DNA of 64,000 nt from Vulcanimicrobiota bacterium (GTDB lineage: Bacteria; Vulcanimicrobiota; Vulcanimicrobiia; Vulcanimicrobiales; Vulcanimicrobiaceae): assembly GCA_963777315.1 (NCBI GenBank), contig CAVZQC010000002.1, forward strand, positions 640,001 to 704,000, read 5' to 3'. A model generated the notes under the pieces. That model was not told the origin of the DNA, ran no database searches, and saw nothing but the letters and a program-made list of their open reading frames with translations. This document shows, piece after piece, positions 50,030-60,738 of the stretch (the first letter of the stretch is position 1; each line of letters opens with the position of its first letter). The position numbers and the translations under genes were made by a program.

Positions 50030-51559
50030 ATGGACGTCAAATACGTGCTGTCGCTGTTTTGTTTGGCCGGACTATTGGGCGCTGCGCCGGCAAAGCCGTC
50101 GCCTTCACCTTCACCGCTGCCGCCGCAGACCGCACCGCAGGCTGAAACGCCCGACGCCGTCACGCAGCATACGGTTTCGATCGGCGGGACTCCATATGCT
50201 TACACGGCGCGCGCCGGCACGCTCACGCTGACCAATGACAAAGGTCAACCGACGGCGCGCCTGTTCTACACCGCATACACGCTGGACGGCGCAGATGCAA
50301 ACCGCCCCGTCACGTTTATGTACAACGGCGGCCCGGGCAGTTCGACGATGTGGCTGCGCATGGGCTCGTTCGGACCGGTGCGCGTGCTTGCGGGCAACGG
50401 CCGGCCCTCCGGGCCGCCTCCATACCAAATTCGCGACAATCCCTACAGTCTGCTCGACAAAAGCGACTTGGTTTTCATCGACATGCCCGATAGCGGCTTT
50501 GGACGGATCATCGGAGCGGGCAAAGAGAAAGACTTTTTCGGCGTGGATCAGGACGTTGCGGCGTTCGGACAGTTCATCGAGCGCTACGTTACGACGTTTC
50601 ACCGCTGGAATTCACCCAAGTTCATTTTCGGCGAGAGTTACGGCACGACCAGGTCCGCCGCGCTTTCCTCGTATCTGCTCGATCGCGGCATCGCGCTCAA
50701 CGGCGTCGTCCTTCTCTCGTCTATTTTGAATTTCGGACTCGACTACGGCAACGGCGAGCCGAATGCCGGCGGGGACTGGCCCTACGTTCTGTACCTGCCC
50801 ACCGAAGCGGCAACGGCGTGGTATCACGACAAAGTTCGGAGCAAGCCTGCCGACGTGTCGGCGTTCGTTGCGCAAGTCGAGCAATTCGCAATGACCGAGT
50901 ATTTGGACGCACTCTACAAAGGGCATCGCCTGGGGCGCGGCGAGCGCGACGACGTGGCGCGCAAACTTTCGAATTTCTTAGGCATTCCGGAAACGTACGT
51001 CCTGGAGTCCAACTTGCGCATTCCATACGATCGCTACCAGCGCGAACTGCTTCGCGGCCAAAACGTCGTGTTCGGACGATTGGACTCGCGCTATACCACC
51101 TACGGCTTGGAACCGGCCTCCAACGAAGGGCCGCCGTGGGATCCGACGGACTCTTCCATCGACGCGCCGTTCACCACTGCCGTCAATGCGTATCTGCGCG
51201 ACGATTTGAAGTACGATACGCCGCTTCGATACCGCGCCAACATCTACGGCATCATTGGAAACTCGTGGGATTTTACTCACAACCGTCAAGTGCCGACCAA
51301 CGTCGCGCCGGACTTGGCACAAGCCATGACGCAAAACCCCAATCTGCACGTTTTTTCGGCGAACGGCTATTACGATTTCGCCACCCCGTTCTTCGCCACG
51401 ATGTACACGCTGCAGCATTTGCATATCGCGCCGGCGCTGCAGAAAAACATCACGTTCGGCTTTTACCAGTCGGGACATATGGTGTATCTCAACGATTCGG
51501 CCCTCGCACAGTTCAAATCCGACCTGGCGCGCTGGTACGATACCGCGCTGGGCCGCTAA
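50030..51559 (+). CDS. Secreted S10 serine carboxypeptidase, paralog 1
   Basis: NGGPGSS, GESYG, GYYD, SGHMVY. Confidence 0.92.
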   Translation: MDVKYVLSLFCLAGLLGAAPAKPSPSPSPLPPQTAPQAETPDAVTQHTVSIGGTPYAYTARAGTLTLTNDKGQPTARLFYTAYTLDGADANRPVTFMYNGGPGSSTMWLRMGSFGPVRVLAGNGRPSGPPPYQIRDNPYSLLDKSDLVFIDMPDSGFGRIIGAGKEKDFFGVDQDVAAFGQFIERYVTTFHRWNSPKFIFGESYGTTRSAALSSYLLDRGIALNGVVLLSSILNFGLDYGNGEPNAGGDWPYVLYLPTEAATAWYHDKVRSKPADVSAFVAQVEQFAMTEYLDALYKGHRLGRGERDDVARKLSNFLGIPETYVLESNLRIPYDRYQRELLRGQNVVFGRLDSRYTTYGLEPASNEGPPWDPTDSSIDAPFTTAVNAYLRDDLKYDTPLRYRANIYGIIGNSWDFTHNRQVPTNVAPDLAQAMTQNPNLHVFSANGYYDFATPFFATMYTLQHLHIAPALQKNITFGFYQSGHMVYLNDSALAQFKSDLARWYDTALGR

Positions 51560-51573
51560 AAGGAGTGCCGGTA

Positions 51574-53094
51574 ATGATCGATTGGAAACGCTCTGCGGCT
51601 CTTTTGACGGCAATGTGCCTTGCGGCGGCGGCTCCGGCGCACAAACCGCCCAAGCCCTATGTCCCGCCGGCGACGCCCGATGCGATATCTCACCACGCGA
51701 ATCGCGTGGACGGGCAGACGATTGCGTACACCGCCCGAGCCGGGACGATAACCTTGCGCAACGACAAAGATCAAATTACGGCGCGTATGTTCTACGTCGC
51801 GTATACCAAAGACGGCGCCGACCGCAATACGCGCCCGGTAACGTTCTTTTACAATGGCGGCCCGGGCAGCTCGACGGTGTGGCTGCGTATGGCCTCGTTC
51901 GGGCCCGTGCGGGTCCGGCTGACGAACGGACGTGCAACGCCTCCGGCCCCGTACGAGCTGCTCGACAACCACGACAGCCTTCTGGATAAAACCGACGAAG
52001 TGTTCGTCGATGCGCCCAATACCGGTTACAGCCGCGTGCTCGGTTACGGAAAGCCGAAAGACTTCATGGGCATCGATCAGGACGGCCGGGCGTTCACGCA
52101 ATTCATCCAGCGCTATCTTACGCAGTTCGCCCGGTGGAATTCGCCGAAATTTCTTTTCGGCGAAAGCTACGGCACGACGCGCGACGCGGTGCTTGCGAAC
52201 ATGCTGCAGGAGGCCAACGTTCAGATTAACGGCGTCGTTTTTCTATCGTCGGTATTGAATTTCGGTCTTACGGGCCTTGGCGGCTTCACGCCGATCGGGG
52301 GCGGCGACTGGGCGTACGTTCTGTATCTGCCTACCGAGGCCGCAACCGCCTGGTATCATCACAAGGCGGCGGGACGGACGGGAAGCCTGCCCGCCTTCCT
52401 GCACCAAGTCGAGAATTTTGCCGGCACGCAGTACCTGCATGCTCTTGCCCAGGGAGACCAGCTCGGCGCGCAAGAGCGCGAGGACGTCGTGCGCAAAATG
52501 CACGACTATCTAGGCGTCTCCGAACAGTACATCCGCAACTCCAATCTGCGAATCGCCTACTACGACTACGACAAAGAGCTGCTGCGCAGCCAGGACGTCG
52601 TGCTGGGCCGCTACGATTCACGCTATGCCACCTATGGGGTGGACCGCATGAGCGATACGCCCGACTGGGATCCGTCCGACGTCGGCATGAACAGCGCGGT
52701 CGTTTCGACGTGGTCGCAGTACGTTCGCGAGCAGCTGCATTACGATACGAACCTGCAGTACCGTCCGACCGCGTATGGACCGATACTCGGCGCTCGCTGG
52801 GATATGCACCACAACGGCCAGGAACCGCCCGCCAACGTCGTCCCGGACATTGCGGCGGCCATGTCGCAGAACCCGCACCTGCAAGTCTTTTCAGGCAACG
52901 GATACTTCGACTTCGCGACGCCGTATTTTGCGACGCTGTATACGTTCGAGCACATGGACATCGCAGCGCCCCTGGAAAAGAACATCACGTTCGGCTTCTA
53001 CGACTCCGGGCACATGGTGTATCTCAATCCTTCGGCAAGAGTGCGCTTTAAAGCCGATCTGGATCGATGGTACGATCGCGCGCTGGCGCGCTGA
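51574..53094 (+). CDS. Secreted S10 serine carboxypeptidase, paralog 2
   Basis: AAGGAG RBS; same motifs (GESYG, GYFD, SGHMVY). Confidence 0.92.
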   Translation: MIDWKRSAALLTAMCLAAAAPAHKPPKPYVPPATPDAISHHANRVDGQTIAYTARAGTITLRNDKDQITARMFYVAYTKDGADRNTRPVTFFYNGGPGSSTVWLRMASFGPVRVRLTNGRATPPAPYELLDNHDSLLDKTDEVFVDAPNTGYSRVLGYGKPKDFMGIDQDGRAFTQFIQRYLTQFARWNSPKFLFGESYGTTRDAVLANMLQEANVQINGVVFLSSVLNFGLTGLGGFTPIGGGDWAYVLYLPTEAATAWYHHKAAGRTGSLPAFLHQVENFAGTQYLHALAQGDQLGAQEREDVVRKMHDYLGVSEQYIRNSNLRIAYYDYDKELLRSQDVVLGRYDSRYATYGVDRMSDTPDWDPSDVGMNSAVVSTWSQYVREQLHYDTNLQYRPTAYGPILGARWDMHHNGQEPPANVVPDIAAAMSQNPHLQVFSGNGYFDFATPYFATLYTFEHMDIAAPLEKNITFGFYDSGHMVYLNPSARVRFKADLDRWYDRALAR

Positions 53095-53107
53095 TGCTTT
53101 CCGAACG

Positions 53108-56092
53108 CTATTTGGCCTCGTTCACCTGAGCGATCGCCTTGGCGGCTTTGGATCGCAGCAGCGAAAACGCCGTGTACTGATCGGGCGTGGGTCGAACGTC
53201 GCCCATCTCGACGCCTTGCAGCAGATTCTGCAGCGCGTCGCCGATATAGCGCAGGCTGCTGAAATCCTGGGCCGGTTTACCGACTGAATCGTCCTGAGAC
53301 GCCGGGGGTTCTTGGCCGATGAGTTTGCGCAGCTGCGCAGTGTGAGGCAGCGCTTTCGCGCGCTTGAGCGCTTGCGCAACGCTCGACGCCTGTTCTTCGA
53401 TGGCCTGTGCGAGATCGAATTGCGCGCGCAGATCGGCATCGCCGGCGGGGTAGGTCGGATCGCGGCGCAGCGCGAGCGTTTGCGAGTAGGTGCGTCCACT
53501 GACGTTCATGCGTATCGTGTAGCGCCCCGGCGGCGCGAGCACGTGGTTGGAATATTGCAGGTCCCAGACGTAGCGGTGCGCGCCCGCCTCCGCGGACGGG
53601 GGCTGCTGCACCTGCACCCAAGAAACCGGAATGTCGAGCGCTCGCGCGTTAACCGCCGGCGGCTGCTGCGCAGAGGACCAGCGGCGCACGACATGGCCGG
53701 ATTCGTCGATCACTTCCAGAACCAGCGGCGTGGTTGCGTTTCCGACGTAATAGTCGATGATTGCGCCCGCCGGCGGATTCGGCATGGAGGCCTCGTCGAG
53801 CGGCACGGGCGTTCCCTGATCCGAGCCCGGACGCGTGCGATAAGCCGGCGCAGGCGCAAACAGATGGGCGCCGGCGCGCGCGATCGCTGCGGTCATCTGC
53901 CGCAGCGGCGATGCGTCGTCTAAAATCCAGATTCCGCGTCCGTGCGTTGCCAAAATGACGTCGTCGCCGTTGAACACGATGTCGCGCATCGAGGCGACGG
54001 GAAGGTTGAGTTGCAGCGGCTGCCATTGCGCTCCGTCGTCGAACGAAACGTACACGCGCCGCTCCGTTCCCGCGTACAGCAGCCCGCGGCGCTGCGGATC
54101 TTCGCGAACGACGTTGACCGATTCGTTCTGCGGGATGCCCGACGTGATGAGGTACCAGTGCCGTCCGCCGTCGTGCGTTTTATAGATGTACGGCCGGTCG
54201 TCGTCCAGCCGATGGCGGTCGACCGCCGCGTATGCAGTGTTTGCGTCGAAATGCGAAGCGTCGATGATGCCGACTTTGCTCCACGGCGTGAGCTCCGGCG
54301 GCGTCACGTTCGTCCAGTGCGTACCCGCGTCGCGCGTGATCCAAATGAGTCCGTCGTCGGTGCCGGCCCAAATCTCGCTCGAGAGAATCGGTGAGGGCGC
54401 AATCCAGTACACGACACCTCGCCGCGTCAGCCCCGTGCTGTCTGCGACGGTAGGTGGATCGAGCGTCGCGGGAACGCTGTTCGTTGCGCGTGTGAGATCG
54501 GGGCTTATCGGATGCCAGGTCAAGCCGGCGTCCCGGGTGGCAAAAATCGCCTGACGGCTCATGTACAGCACGCGCGGGTTCTGCGGCGAAGCGACGATGG
54601 GCAGCGTCCACGTGCTGCGCCAAACGACGTCGGGATATTTGACGGTCGGATCGATCGCCATCTCCCAATTGGTATCGATGTCCTCGTACGTCGGCGGATT
54701 GCCGAACAAGCGGCCAGCGTGCAGCGCGTCCGCCACAATGGTGCCGCTTTCGCCCCCCACGTCGATCGGTTTCCAGTCCAGCATTGAAATGCGGCTGTGA
54801 ATGCTGCGGCTGGGAACAGCTACGGCTCCCGAATCCTGCTGCGCGCCGTACACCCAGTACGGAAAGCGGTGGTCCGTGACGACGTGATAGAGCTGCGCCG
54901 TGGACTGATTGAACCACGAGCTCCACGTTTTCGCGCCGTCCAACGTAACGACGACGCCTTGATCGCCTCCCAACACCATCCGGTCGGAATTGGCCGGGTC
55001 GATCCAGAGGGCGTGATAGTCGTCGCCGCCGGGCGAACCTTTGATCGCGGTGAAGGATTTGCCGCCGTCGATGGAACGGTACGTCGAAGTGTTCATTGCG
55101 TAGACTTCATCCTGATTTTTCGGATCGGCTGCGATCTGCCCGAAGTACCAGCCGCGTTTCCAAATGCGGGCTTCGCCGTCGGTGTGCGCCCACGTCGAAC
55201 CGCCGTCGTCGGATCGGTACACTCCGCCGGTTTTGAGATCGTTGGTATCGACCATCGTGTAGATGCGGTTATGGTTCGCGGGCGAGATCGCGATGCCGAT
55301 GTGGCCGAGTGCGGCTTGCGTTGAGCCTTGCGGGAAGCCGTTTCCCTCGATATGCGCCCACGTCGCTCCCGCGTCGGTGCTTTTGTACAGCCCGCTTCCG
55401 GGGCCGTTGCTGGGAGGATACACGTTCCAGGGCGGACGTCGCGTTTGCCACAAAGAGGCAAAGAGCACGTTGCGATTGAGAGGATCGATCGCGAGATCGA
55501 TCGCACCGGTATTTTCGTTCTTGTACAGAACTTTGCTCCAGGTGCGGCCGCCGTCGATCGATTTGAAGACGCCGCGCTGCGTATTGGGACCATACTGGTG
55601 GCCCAGTGCGGCGACGTACACGACGTCGGCATTGCGCGGGTCGACGACGATGCGCCCGATCTGCCGCGTATCGTCGAGTCCCACGTGGGTCCAAGTTTTG
55701 CCGGCGTCGATCGATTTGTAAACGCCGTCGCCGTGCTGAATGTCCGAACGCATGTCGGCTTCGCCGGTGCCGGCGTACAGTACGCCGGCGTTGCTGGGAG
55801 CGACCGCAATCGCGCCGATCGATGCAACCGGCAGCGAATCCGAAATCGGAGACCACGTGCGCCCGGCGTTGTCGCTTTCCCACACGCCGCCGCCCACCGC
55901 GCCGAAATAAAACTTGCCGGGCTGCCCGGGCACGCCGCAGACGGCGATCGAGCGTCCTGCTCGAATCGGCCCGATGTTCCGCCACTGCAGACTCCCGAAC
56001 AGCGCTGCGTCATACGTTTGCGCGCGCGCGGGGAGCATAGTCGTAGGGACCGTGAAAAAAAGCGTTAAAGACACAACCCAAAAGCGTCGCAT
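53108..56092 (-). CDS. Secreted BNR/Asp-box (VPS10/sortilin-like) beta-propeller protein
   Basis: WRNIGP; repeated SxDxGxTW boxes; ATHGRGIWILDD. Confidence 0.9.
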   Translation of the reverse strand: MRRFWVVSLTLFFTVPTTMLPARAQTYDAALFGSLQWRNIGPIRAGRSIAVCGVPGQPGKFYFGAVGGGVWESDNAGRTWSPISDSLPVASIGAIAVAPSNAGVLYAGTGEADMRSDIQHGDGVYKSIDAGKTWTHVGLDDTRQIGRIVVDPRNADVVYVAALGHQYGPNTQRGVFKSIDGGRTWSKVLYKNENTGAIDLAIDPLNRNVLFASLWQTRRPPWNVYPPSNGPGSGLYKSTDAGATWAHIEGNGFPQGSTQAALGHIGIAISPANHNRIYTMVDTNDLKTGGVYRSDDGGSTWAHTDGEARIWKRGWYFGQIAADPKNQDEVYAMNTSTYRSIDGGKSFTAIKGSPGGDDYHALWIDPANSDRMVLGGDQGVVVTLDGAKTWSSWFNQSTAQLYHVVTDHRFPYWVYGAQQDSGAVAVPSRSIHSRISMLDWKPIDVGGESGTIVADALHAGRLFGNPPTYEDIDTNWEMAIDPTVKYPDVVWRSTWTLPIVASPQNPRVLYMSRQAIFATRDAGLTWHPISPDLTRATNSVPATLDPPTVADSTGLTRRGVVYWIAPSPILSSEIWAGTDDGLIWITRDAGTHWTNVTPPELTPWSKVGIIDASHFDANTAYAAVDRHRLDDDRPYIYKTHDGGRHWYLITSGIPQNESVNVVREDPQRRGLLYAGTERRVYVSFDDGAQWQPLQLNLPVASMRDIVFNGDDVILATHGRGIWILDDASPLRQMTAAIARAGAHLFAPAPAYRTRPGSDQGTPVPLDEASMPNPPAGAIIDYYVGNATTPLVLEVIDESGHVVRRWSSAQQPPAVNARALDIPVSWVQVQQPPSAEAGAHRYVWDLQYSNHVLAPPGRYTIRMNVSGRTYSQTLALRRDPTYPAGDADLRAQFDLAQAIEEQASSVAQALKRAKALPHTAQLRKLIGQEPPASQDDSVGKPAQDFSSLRYIGDALQNLLQGVEMGDVRPTPDQYTAFSLLRSKAAKAIAQVNEAK

Positions 56093-56136
56093 GGCGGGCG
56101 TTTCCCGAGGATGCTGGGCGGACCCTCGTAAGCGGA

Positions 56137-57816
56137 TTAGATATACGGCAACAGATCGAAGTATTCTTGATCTTCATTGGCGCCGCCATGACCCTCGCCG
56201 ACGGCCTTTTCGGTCTGCACGAACCGAATCTCGCGGATCCATTTCACCATTTTGAAGCCGAGCTGATTCTCGACTCGCAGCCGTAACGGCGCACCATGCA
56301 GATGCGTAAGCGGCTCGTCGTTCATCTCGTAGGCGAGCAGGCACTCCGGCTTCACGACGTCCTCCAGGCGCTGCGTGTCGTAATAAGTTCCGCCGAACGT
56401 TCCTTCGCCAAACGAGACGAACTCGACCACCCGCGCTTCCGGCAGCGGTTTGACGAGCTTCATCAGGCGCGTCATCGAGATACCGCCCCACTGCGCAATC
56501 CCGCTCCACCCTTGAATGCAGTGGTGCAGCGACACGTGCTCGTCATGCGCAAGCGCGCGAATTTGCTCTAAACTCAACTCAACCGGGTTTTCGACGCAGC
56601 CCCGCACGCGTAAACGGTAATCGCGGAAGCCGTCCGCCGCAAGCCCCTTCCATTCATCGGAATCGGGCATCTTACCGTTCGGCCAAAAATACGGGGAGAT
56701 GTCTTTGCGCGTGTAACGCTCTGCCGGATTAAACCGCGGGGAAGCTCGGAGGAGACGCTCGAGCGGAAATATCAGCATCTTGTGCAAACGCTGAATGAAG
56801 CGGGGATATCTCCAGGCGACAACGTGCGCGGCGATCCACGATCCGAGCACCGCTACCAGCCCGACGCAGCCGAGAATCAGTCCAAGGGGACGCGTGTCGT
56901 TCGTTCCCAAAACGATGTGGTTGAAATTGCGCTGCGCCCCGGTAGCAAGTACCAGGCTCACGTGCACGATCGTGAAGGCGACGTATCCGCACAGCAGCAG
57001 AAAATGAATCGAGCGGGCGCCTTGGCGGCCGCCGAAGATGCGCGGATACCAGGGGAACGCGTTATCGATGGCCGGTGACATCGCGATCCCGGTCAAAATC
57101 GAAAGCGGCGCCAGAATGAAGACGACGCCGAAGTACGAGAGCTGCTGAAGCGCGTTGTACGCGTAGAAACCGTTCGGCTCGATCGGAAAATGAAACGTCG
57201 CGTAGTGTACGAATGTTTGCCAGGCGTACGGAACGACTGCCCACGAGGTGGGAACCAGCCGCGGCCACTGACCGCTGATCAGCAGCATCGCGACGTAGAC
57301 GATGCCGGTTAGGATGAATCCGTAGTCGATGATGAAGTGCCAAGAGCGGCCCATCCCGATCGTGTGCCGGTATCCGGGCAGCGCGACGAGCGGCGAGATA
57401 TAGCGCGCGTCGTCCTTGGCGGTCCACACGCGGTTCGTCGGGACGTCGAGCGGCGTAAAGCGCAGCCATTCCGTTCCGGGGGTGCAATCGTTGTTCCAGT
57501 ACAGCCGCGCATGGTCCATCAGGATCGACAACCCGCTGCGTATCAACAGAAAGAGAAACAGCAGATTGGCAAAGTGGGTCCAGCGAATCCAGACGGGAAA
57601 ACCGCGCGGCTCGCCGCTCGGCGCGGCGGCGGTGATGCCGGCGACCGGCGCGAATGCCGAGTGTATCCCAAGCACCAGCACTTGCAGCCACGCCAGTACG
57701 ATCGGCACGGCGATGACGACCGCGAGCCAAGCGATATATGGCCGCCGCAAGATGAATACCAGCCGGCGGTCGGCAGGGGCGTGAACCCTTCGATGCGCTT
57801 CGTCGAAGCGGATCAT
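56137..57816 (-). CDS. Cytochrome b + molybdopterin oxidoreductase fusion (sulfite oxidase family, MsrPQ-like)
   Basis: TM His ligands (RWTH, RSWH, RSIH), YNALQQLSY; HHCIQGWS, HGAPLRL, GFKMVKW. Confidence 0.88.
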   Translation of the reverse strand: MIRFDEAHRRVHAPADRRLVFILRRPYIAWLAVVIAVPIVLAWLQVLVLGIHSAFAPVAGITAAAPSGEPRGFPVWIRWTHFANLLFLFLLIRSGLSILMDHARLYWNNDCTPGTEWLRFTPLDVPTNRVWTAKDDARYISPLVALPGYRHTIGMGRSWHFIIDYGFILTGIVYVAMLLISGQWPRLVPTSWAVVPYAWQTFVHYATFHFPIEPNGFYAYNALQQLSYFGVVFILAPLSILTGIAMSPAIDNAFPWYPRIFGGRQGARSIHFLLLCGYVAFTIVHVSLVLATGAQRNFNHIVLGTNDTRPLGLILGCVGLVAVLGSWIAAHVVAWRYPRFIQRLHKMLIFPLERLLRASPRFNPAERYTRKDISPYFWPNGKMPDSDEWKGLAADGFRDYRLRVRGCVENPVELSLEQIRALAHDEHVSLHHCIQGWSGIAQWGGISMTRLMKLVKPLPEARVVEFVSFGEGTFGGTYYDTQRLEDVVKPECLLAYEMNDEPLTHLHGAPLRLRVENQLGFKMVKWIREIRFVQTEKAVGEGHGGANEDQEYFDLLPYI

Positions 57817-57879
57817 GTGAGGCTCAATCCCTTAACGCGTTCGGCTCGCCTCCGGCGTCGTCGTGTCGCGCGGTATGGC

Positions 57880-59670
57880 TTACCTGCGCGAACCGTGATG
57901 CGGCAACAGCCCCGCAAGCACTTCTTTGACGGATTCCTTGATCACGCCGCCTTCGTCCGGATCGCCTTTGGCAAGTGCGGAGAAAAGATTGTGCGCTTCC
58001 TCGAGCGTGATATGCGGCGGCAGCTGCGTGATGTTTGCATCGACGACCGCATCGAAGATCACGGGGCGATTCGAAGCCAATGCGCGATCCCAGGCCGGCC
58101 CGATGTCTTCGGAGCGTTCGACTCGGATGCCGTTCAGGCCGATTTGGTTTGCGTATTCGGCGTAGTTGAAATGCGGCAAATTCTGAGAGGCTTCGTATTT
58201 TGGATTTCCGCTTTCGATGCGCATCTCCCAGGTGACCTGATTGAGATCCGAATTGTTCATAACCAGGAAAATGAGCCGCGGATCGCTCCAGCGCTTCCAG
58301 TACTTCGCGACGGTAAGCATTTCGGCGCTGCCGTTCATCTGCATCGCACCGTCGCCCGTGCACGCGATAACGGTGCGATCGGGGAACGCGAATTTTGCCG
58401 CAATGGCGTACGGCACGGCGGAGCCCATCGTCGCAAGGCTGCCGGAAAGCGAGGACTTCATGCCGCGCCGCATATGAATGTTGCGCGCAAACCAATTGGT
58501 CGCCGTACCGGCATCGCCGGTAAGAATGGCGTTATCCGGCAGACGCTCGTTCAGTTCCCAGAATACCAGCTGAGGATTGATTTGCGTCCCTTTGACGTGG
58601 CAGCGCGCTTCTTCGTCGCCGTACCAGTCTTTAAGGTTCTTGGCGATGCCATCGCGCCAGCCGGTATCGGTTTTTTGTTTGAGCAGCGGCAGAAGCGCCG
58701 CGAGCGTCGTGCGGCTGTCGCCGATCAAATTGACTTCGGTCGGAAAGCGCAGCCCGACGTTGCGAGCGTCGATGTCGATTTGGACGCCGCGCGCTTGGCC
58801 TTCTTTGGGCAAAAACTCCGAATACGGATAGCACGTGCCGACCATCAGGAGCGTGTCGCACTCGTTCATCATGTCGGAGCTGGGTCGAGTGCCGAGTAAT
58901 CCCAATGTTCCGGTGACGTACGGCAAATCGTCCGGCACGACGTATTTGCCCAGCAAAGCCTTGGCGATCCCGGCGCCCAAGCGGTCTGCAACCGCGAGCA
59001 GCTCGTCGGTCGCGTTCGCGGCTCCTTGGCCGACCATCATCGCTACGCGCTCGCCGCTGTTGAGAACCTCGGCCGCCCGCTGCAGATCCGGCTGCGCCGG
59101 CACGACCACAGGCGCCGAATATCCCACGCTGCTGCGCGTCATGTTGTGCGTGCGCGGCGGCTGAGGAACCGCGTCCTTCTCTTGCACGTCTTTGGGAACG
59201 ATCACGCACGTGACGGCTCGAAAAGCGGCGGCCGTGCGCACTGCGCGATCGACGATGTGGCGCATTGCGGCGGGGCTTGAAACCGTATAGACGTACTCCG
59301 TTACGTCTTGCAGCAGCACTTGCAGATCGACTTCTTGCTGATACGAACTTCCCAGTGCGCTGGTGGCGGCCTGTCCGACGACCGCGACGACCGGCGTGTG
59401 ATCCATCTTGGCATCGTACAAGCCGTTGAGCATGTGTACGGCGCCCGGACCGGAGGTTGCCAAACAGAGCCCCACTTCACCGGTGAACTTCGCGTGCGCG
59501 CACGCCATGAAGCCGGCCATCTCTTCGTGCCGAACTTGAATGAACTGCAGCTTATCGCCGATCCGATCGAACGCGCCCATGATGCCGTTGATGCCGTCGC
59601 CGGGATAGCCGTAGACTCGCTTAAAACCCCACTCGACGAGTCGCTGCAATAAAAAATCGCTCGTATTCAC
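57880..59670 (-). CDS. Thiamine pyrophosphate-requiring enzyme (pyruvate oxidase/dehydrogenase-like)
   Basis: GYPGDGING, RHEE, SGPG, GDGAMQMN...NN. Confidence 0.93.
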   Translation of the reverse strand: MNTSDFLLQRLVEWGFKRVYGYPGDGINGIMGAFDRIGDKLQFIQVRHEEMAGFMACAHAKFTGEVGLCLATSGPGAVHMLNGLYDAKMDHTPVVAVVGQAATSALGSSYQQEVDLQVLLQDVTEYVYTVSSPAAMRHIVDRAVRTAAAFRAVTCVIVPKDVQEKDAVPQPPRTHNMTRSSVGYSAPVVVPAQPDLQRAAEVLNSGERVAMMVGQGAANATDELLAVADRLGAGIAKALLGKYVVPDDLPYVTGTLGLLGTRPSSDMMNECDTLLMVGTCYPYSEFLPKEGQARGVQIDIDARNVGLRFPTEVNLIGDSRTTLAALLPLLKQKTDTGWRDGIAKNLKDWYGDEEARCHVKGTQINPQLVFWELNERLPDNAILTGDAGTATNWFARNIHMRRGMKSSLSGSLATMGSAVPYAIAAKFAFPDRTVIACTGDGAMQMNGSAEMLTVAKYWKRWSDPRLIFLVMNNSDLNQVTWEMRIESGNPKYEASQNLPHFNYAEYANQIGLNGIRVERSEDIGPAWDRALASNRPVIFDAVVDANITQLPPHITLEEAHNLFSALAKGDPDEGGVIKESVKEVLAGLLPHHGSRR

Positions 59671-59746
59671 GTCTTCCAAACTTTCCGCGTAATGCCGTTA
59701 TCCTTTACCCGCTTCAGCCGCAGTCCCGATTCGCGGAGCGCCCGGC

Positions 59747-60721
59747 TCACCAGCCGCCGCCTGCATCACCCCCGCCTCCGCCGAAACCGCCGCCCCCGCC
59801 GCCAAAGCCGCCGCCGCCGAAACCGCCGCCGCCCCAGTCGCCGCCCGCGCCGCCGCCCACGTTCGCCTGTCCCGGATCGGATTGCCAACCGCCCGCGTCC
59901 GCCGGCGCCTGTCCGCCCGTCGGATCCGTGTTGCCCCACGCGCCGGTTCCGACGTTTTGGTGGCCGAACATTTCATTGCCGAGCCACGCGCCGCCCAAGC
60001 CGCCCAGGAGCCCGCTCCAGAAGCCGCCGCCGCCGCCCCAGCCGCCGTAACCGTACCCTGGGCCGCCGTATCCCGGTCCGCCCGGACCATATCCGCCGCC
60101 GTACGCGCGCGGCCCCGCCGCTGCGCGCATGATCGATCGAATGATGAAAAACCCGAACAGCGCGATGATGATCCACCAGAACGTCGTGATGTGCAGGCCC
60201 TGCGTCGATTGTTGCGGACCGGCATTGTTCGCGCCGCTCGCAGCGCGCGAAGACTGCGCTCCCGGCAGCGAGCTCAAGTGGGAACGATAGACGTCGAGCG
60301 TTTCATTGACCGCCGCGGTGATGCCGCCGTCGAAGTCGCCTGCGCGGAACTGCGCCTCCATCGCCGAAGCCACCGAAGCTGAGGTTTGCGAGCTCCACCA
60401 TCCCGCTTGCACGGCCGCCTGGTCGGGAACGATCCAATCTTTGCGATCCCCTTTGTCGATGAAGATCAGAACTCCGTTGACCCGCTGCTGAGCAAACGCA
60501 TTGAGGGCAGCGGTCCGCACGTCGCCGCCGGCAACCGACGGTACCGTTTGCACGACGACTTCCTTGCCGGTTTGAGCGGTGAAGTTTCCCAGGCGCGTGT
60601 TGAGCTGCTGCACCAGATCCGGACTGAACATTCCGGCCTGATCCTGCACGAAATCTTTGGCCAGTGCCGGCGCGGCTGCAGCGAAGACCGCTGCAAGCAG
60701 CACGAGGAGTACGCGTTTCAT
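59747..60721 (-). CDS. TPM domain protein with TM helix and Gly-rich tail
   Basis: Signal peptide, VQDQAGMFS, NGVLIFI, GDFDGGI; GGF repeats. Confidence 0.88.
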   Translation of the reverse strand: MKRVLLVLLAAVFAAAAPALAKDFVQDQAGMFSPDLVQQLNTRLGNFTAQTGKEVVVQTVPSVAGGDVRTAALNAFAQQRVNGVLIFIDKGDRKDWIVPDQAAVQAGWWSSQTSASVASAMEAQFRAGDFDGGITAAVNETLDVYRSHLSSLPGAQSSRAASGANNAGPQQSTQGLHITTFWWIIIALFGFFIIRSIMRAAAGPRAYGGGYGPGGPGYGGPGYGYGGWGGGGGFWSGLLGGLGGAWLGNEMFGHQNVGTGAWGNTDPTGGQAPADAGGWQSDPGQANVGGGAGGDWGGGGFGGGGFGGGGGGFGGGGGDAGGGW

Positions 60722-60738
60722 GTCGCTACCGTTCCTTA

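Noticed and set aside
558..58899. Long antisense or alternate-frame ORFs (e.g. 558-2018, 8025-9602, 14292-15869, 20045-21835, 57337-58899)
   Set aside because: Shadow ORFs of high-GC genes, overlapping well-supported CDSs and lacking motifs.
59750..60120. GCC-rich repeats as a tandem array or CRISPR
   Set aside because: They encode the Gly-rich tail of the TPM protein; there is no repeat-spacer structure.
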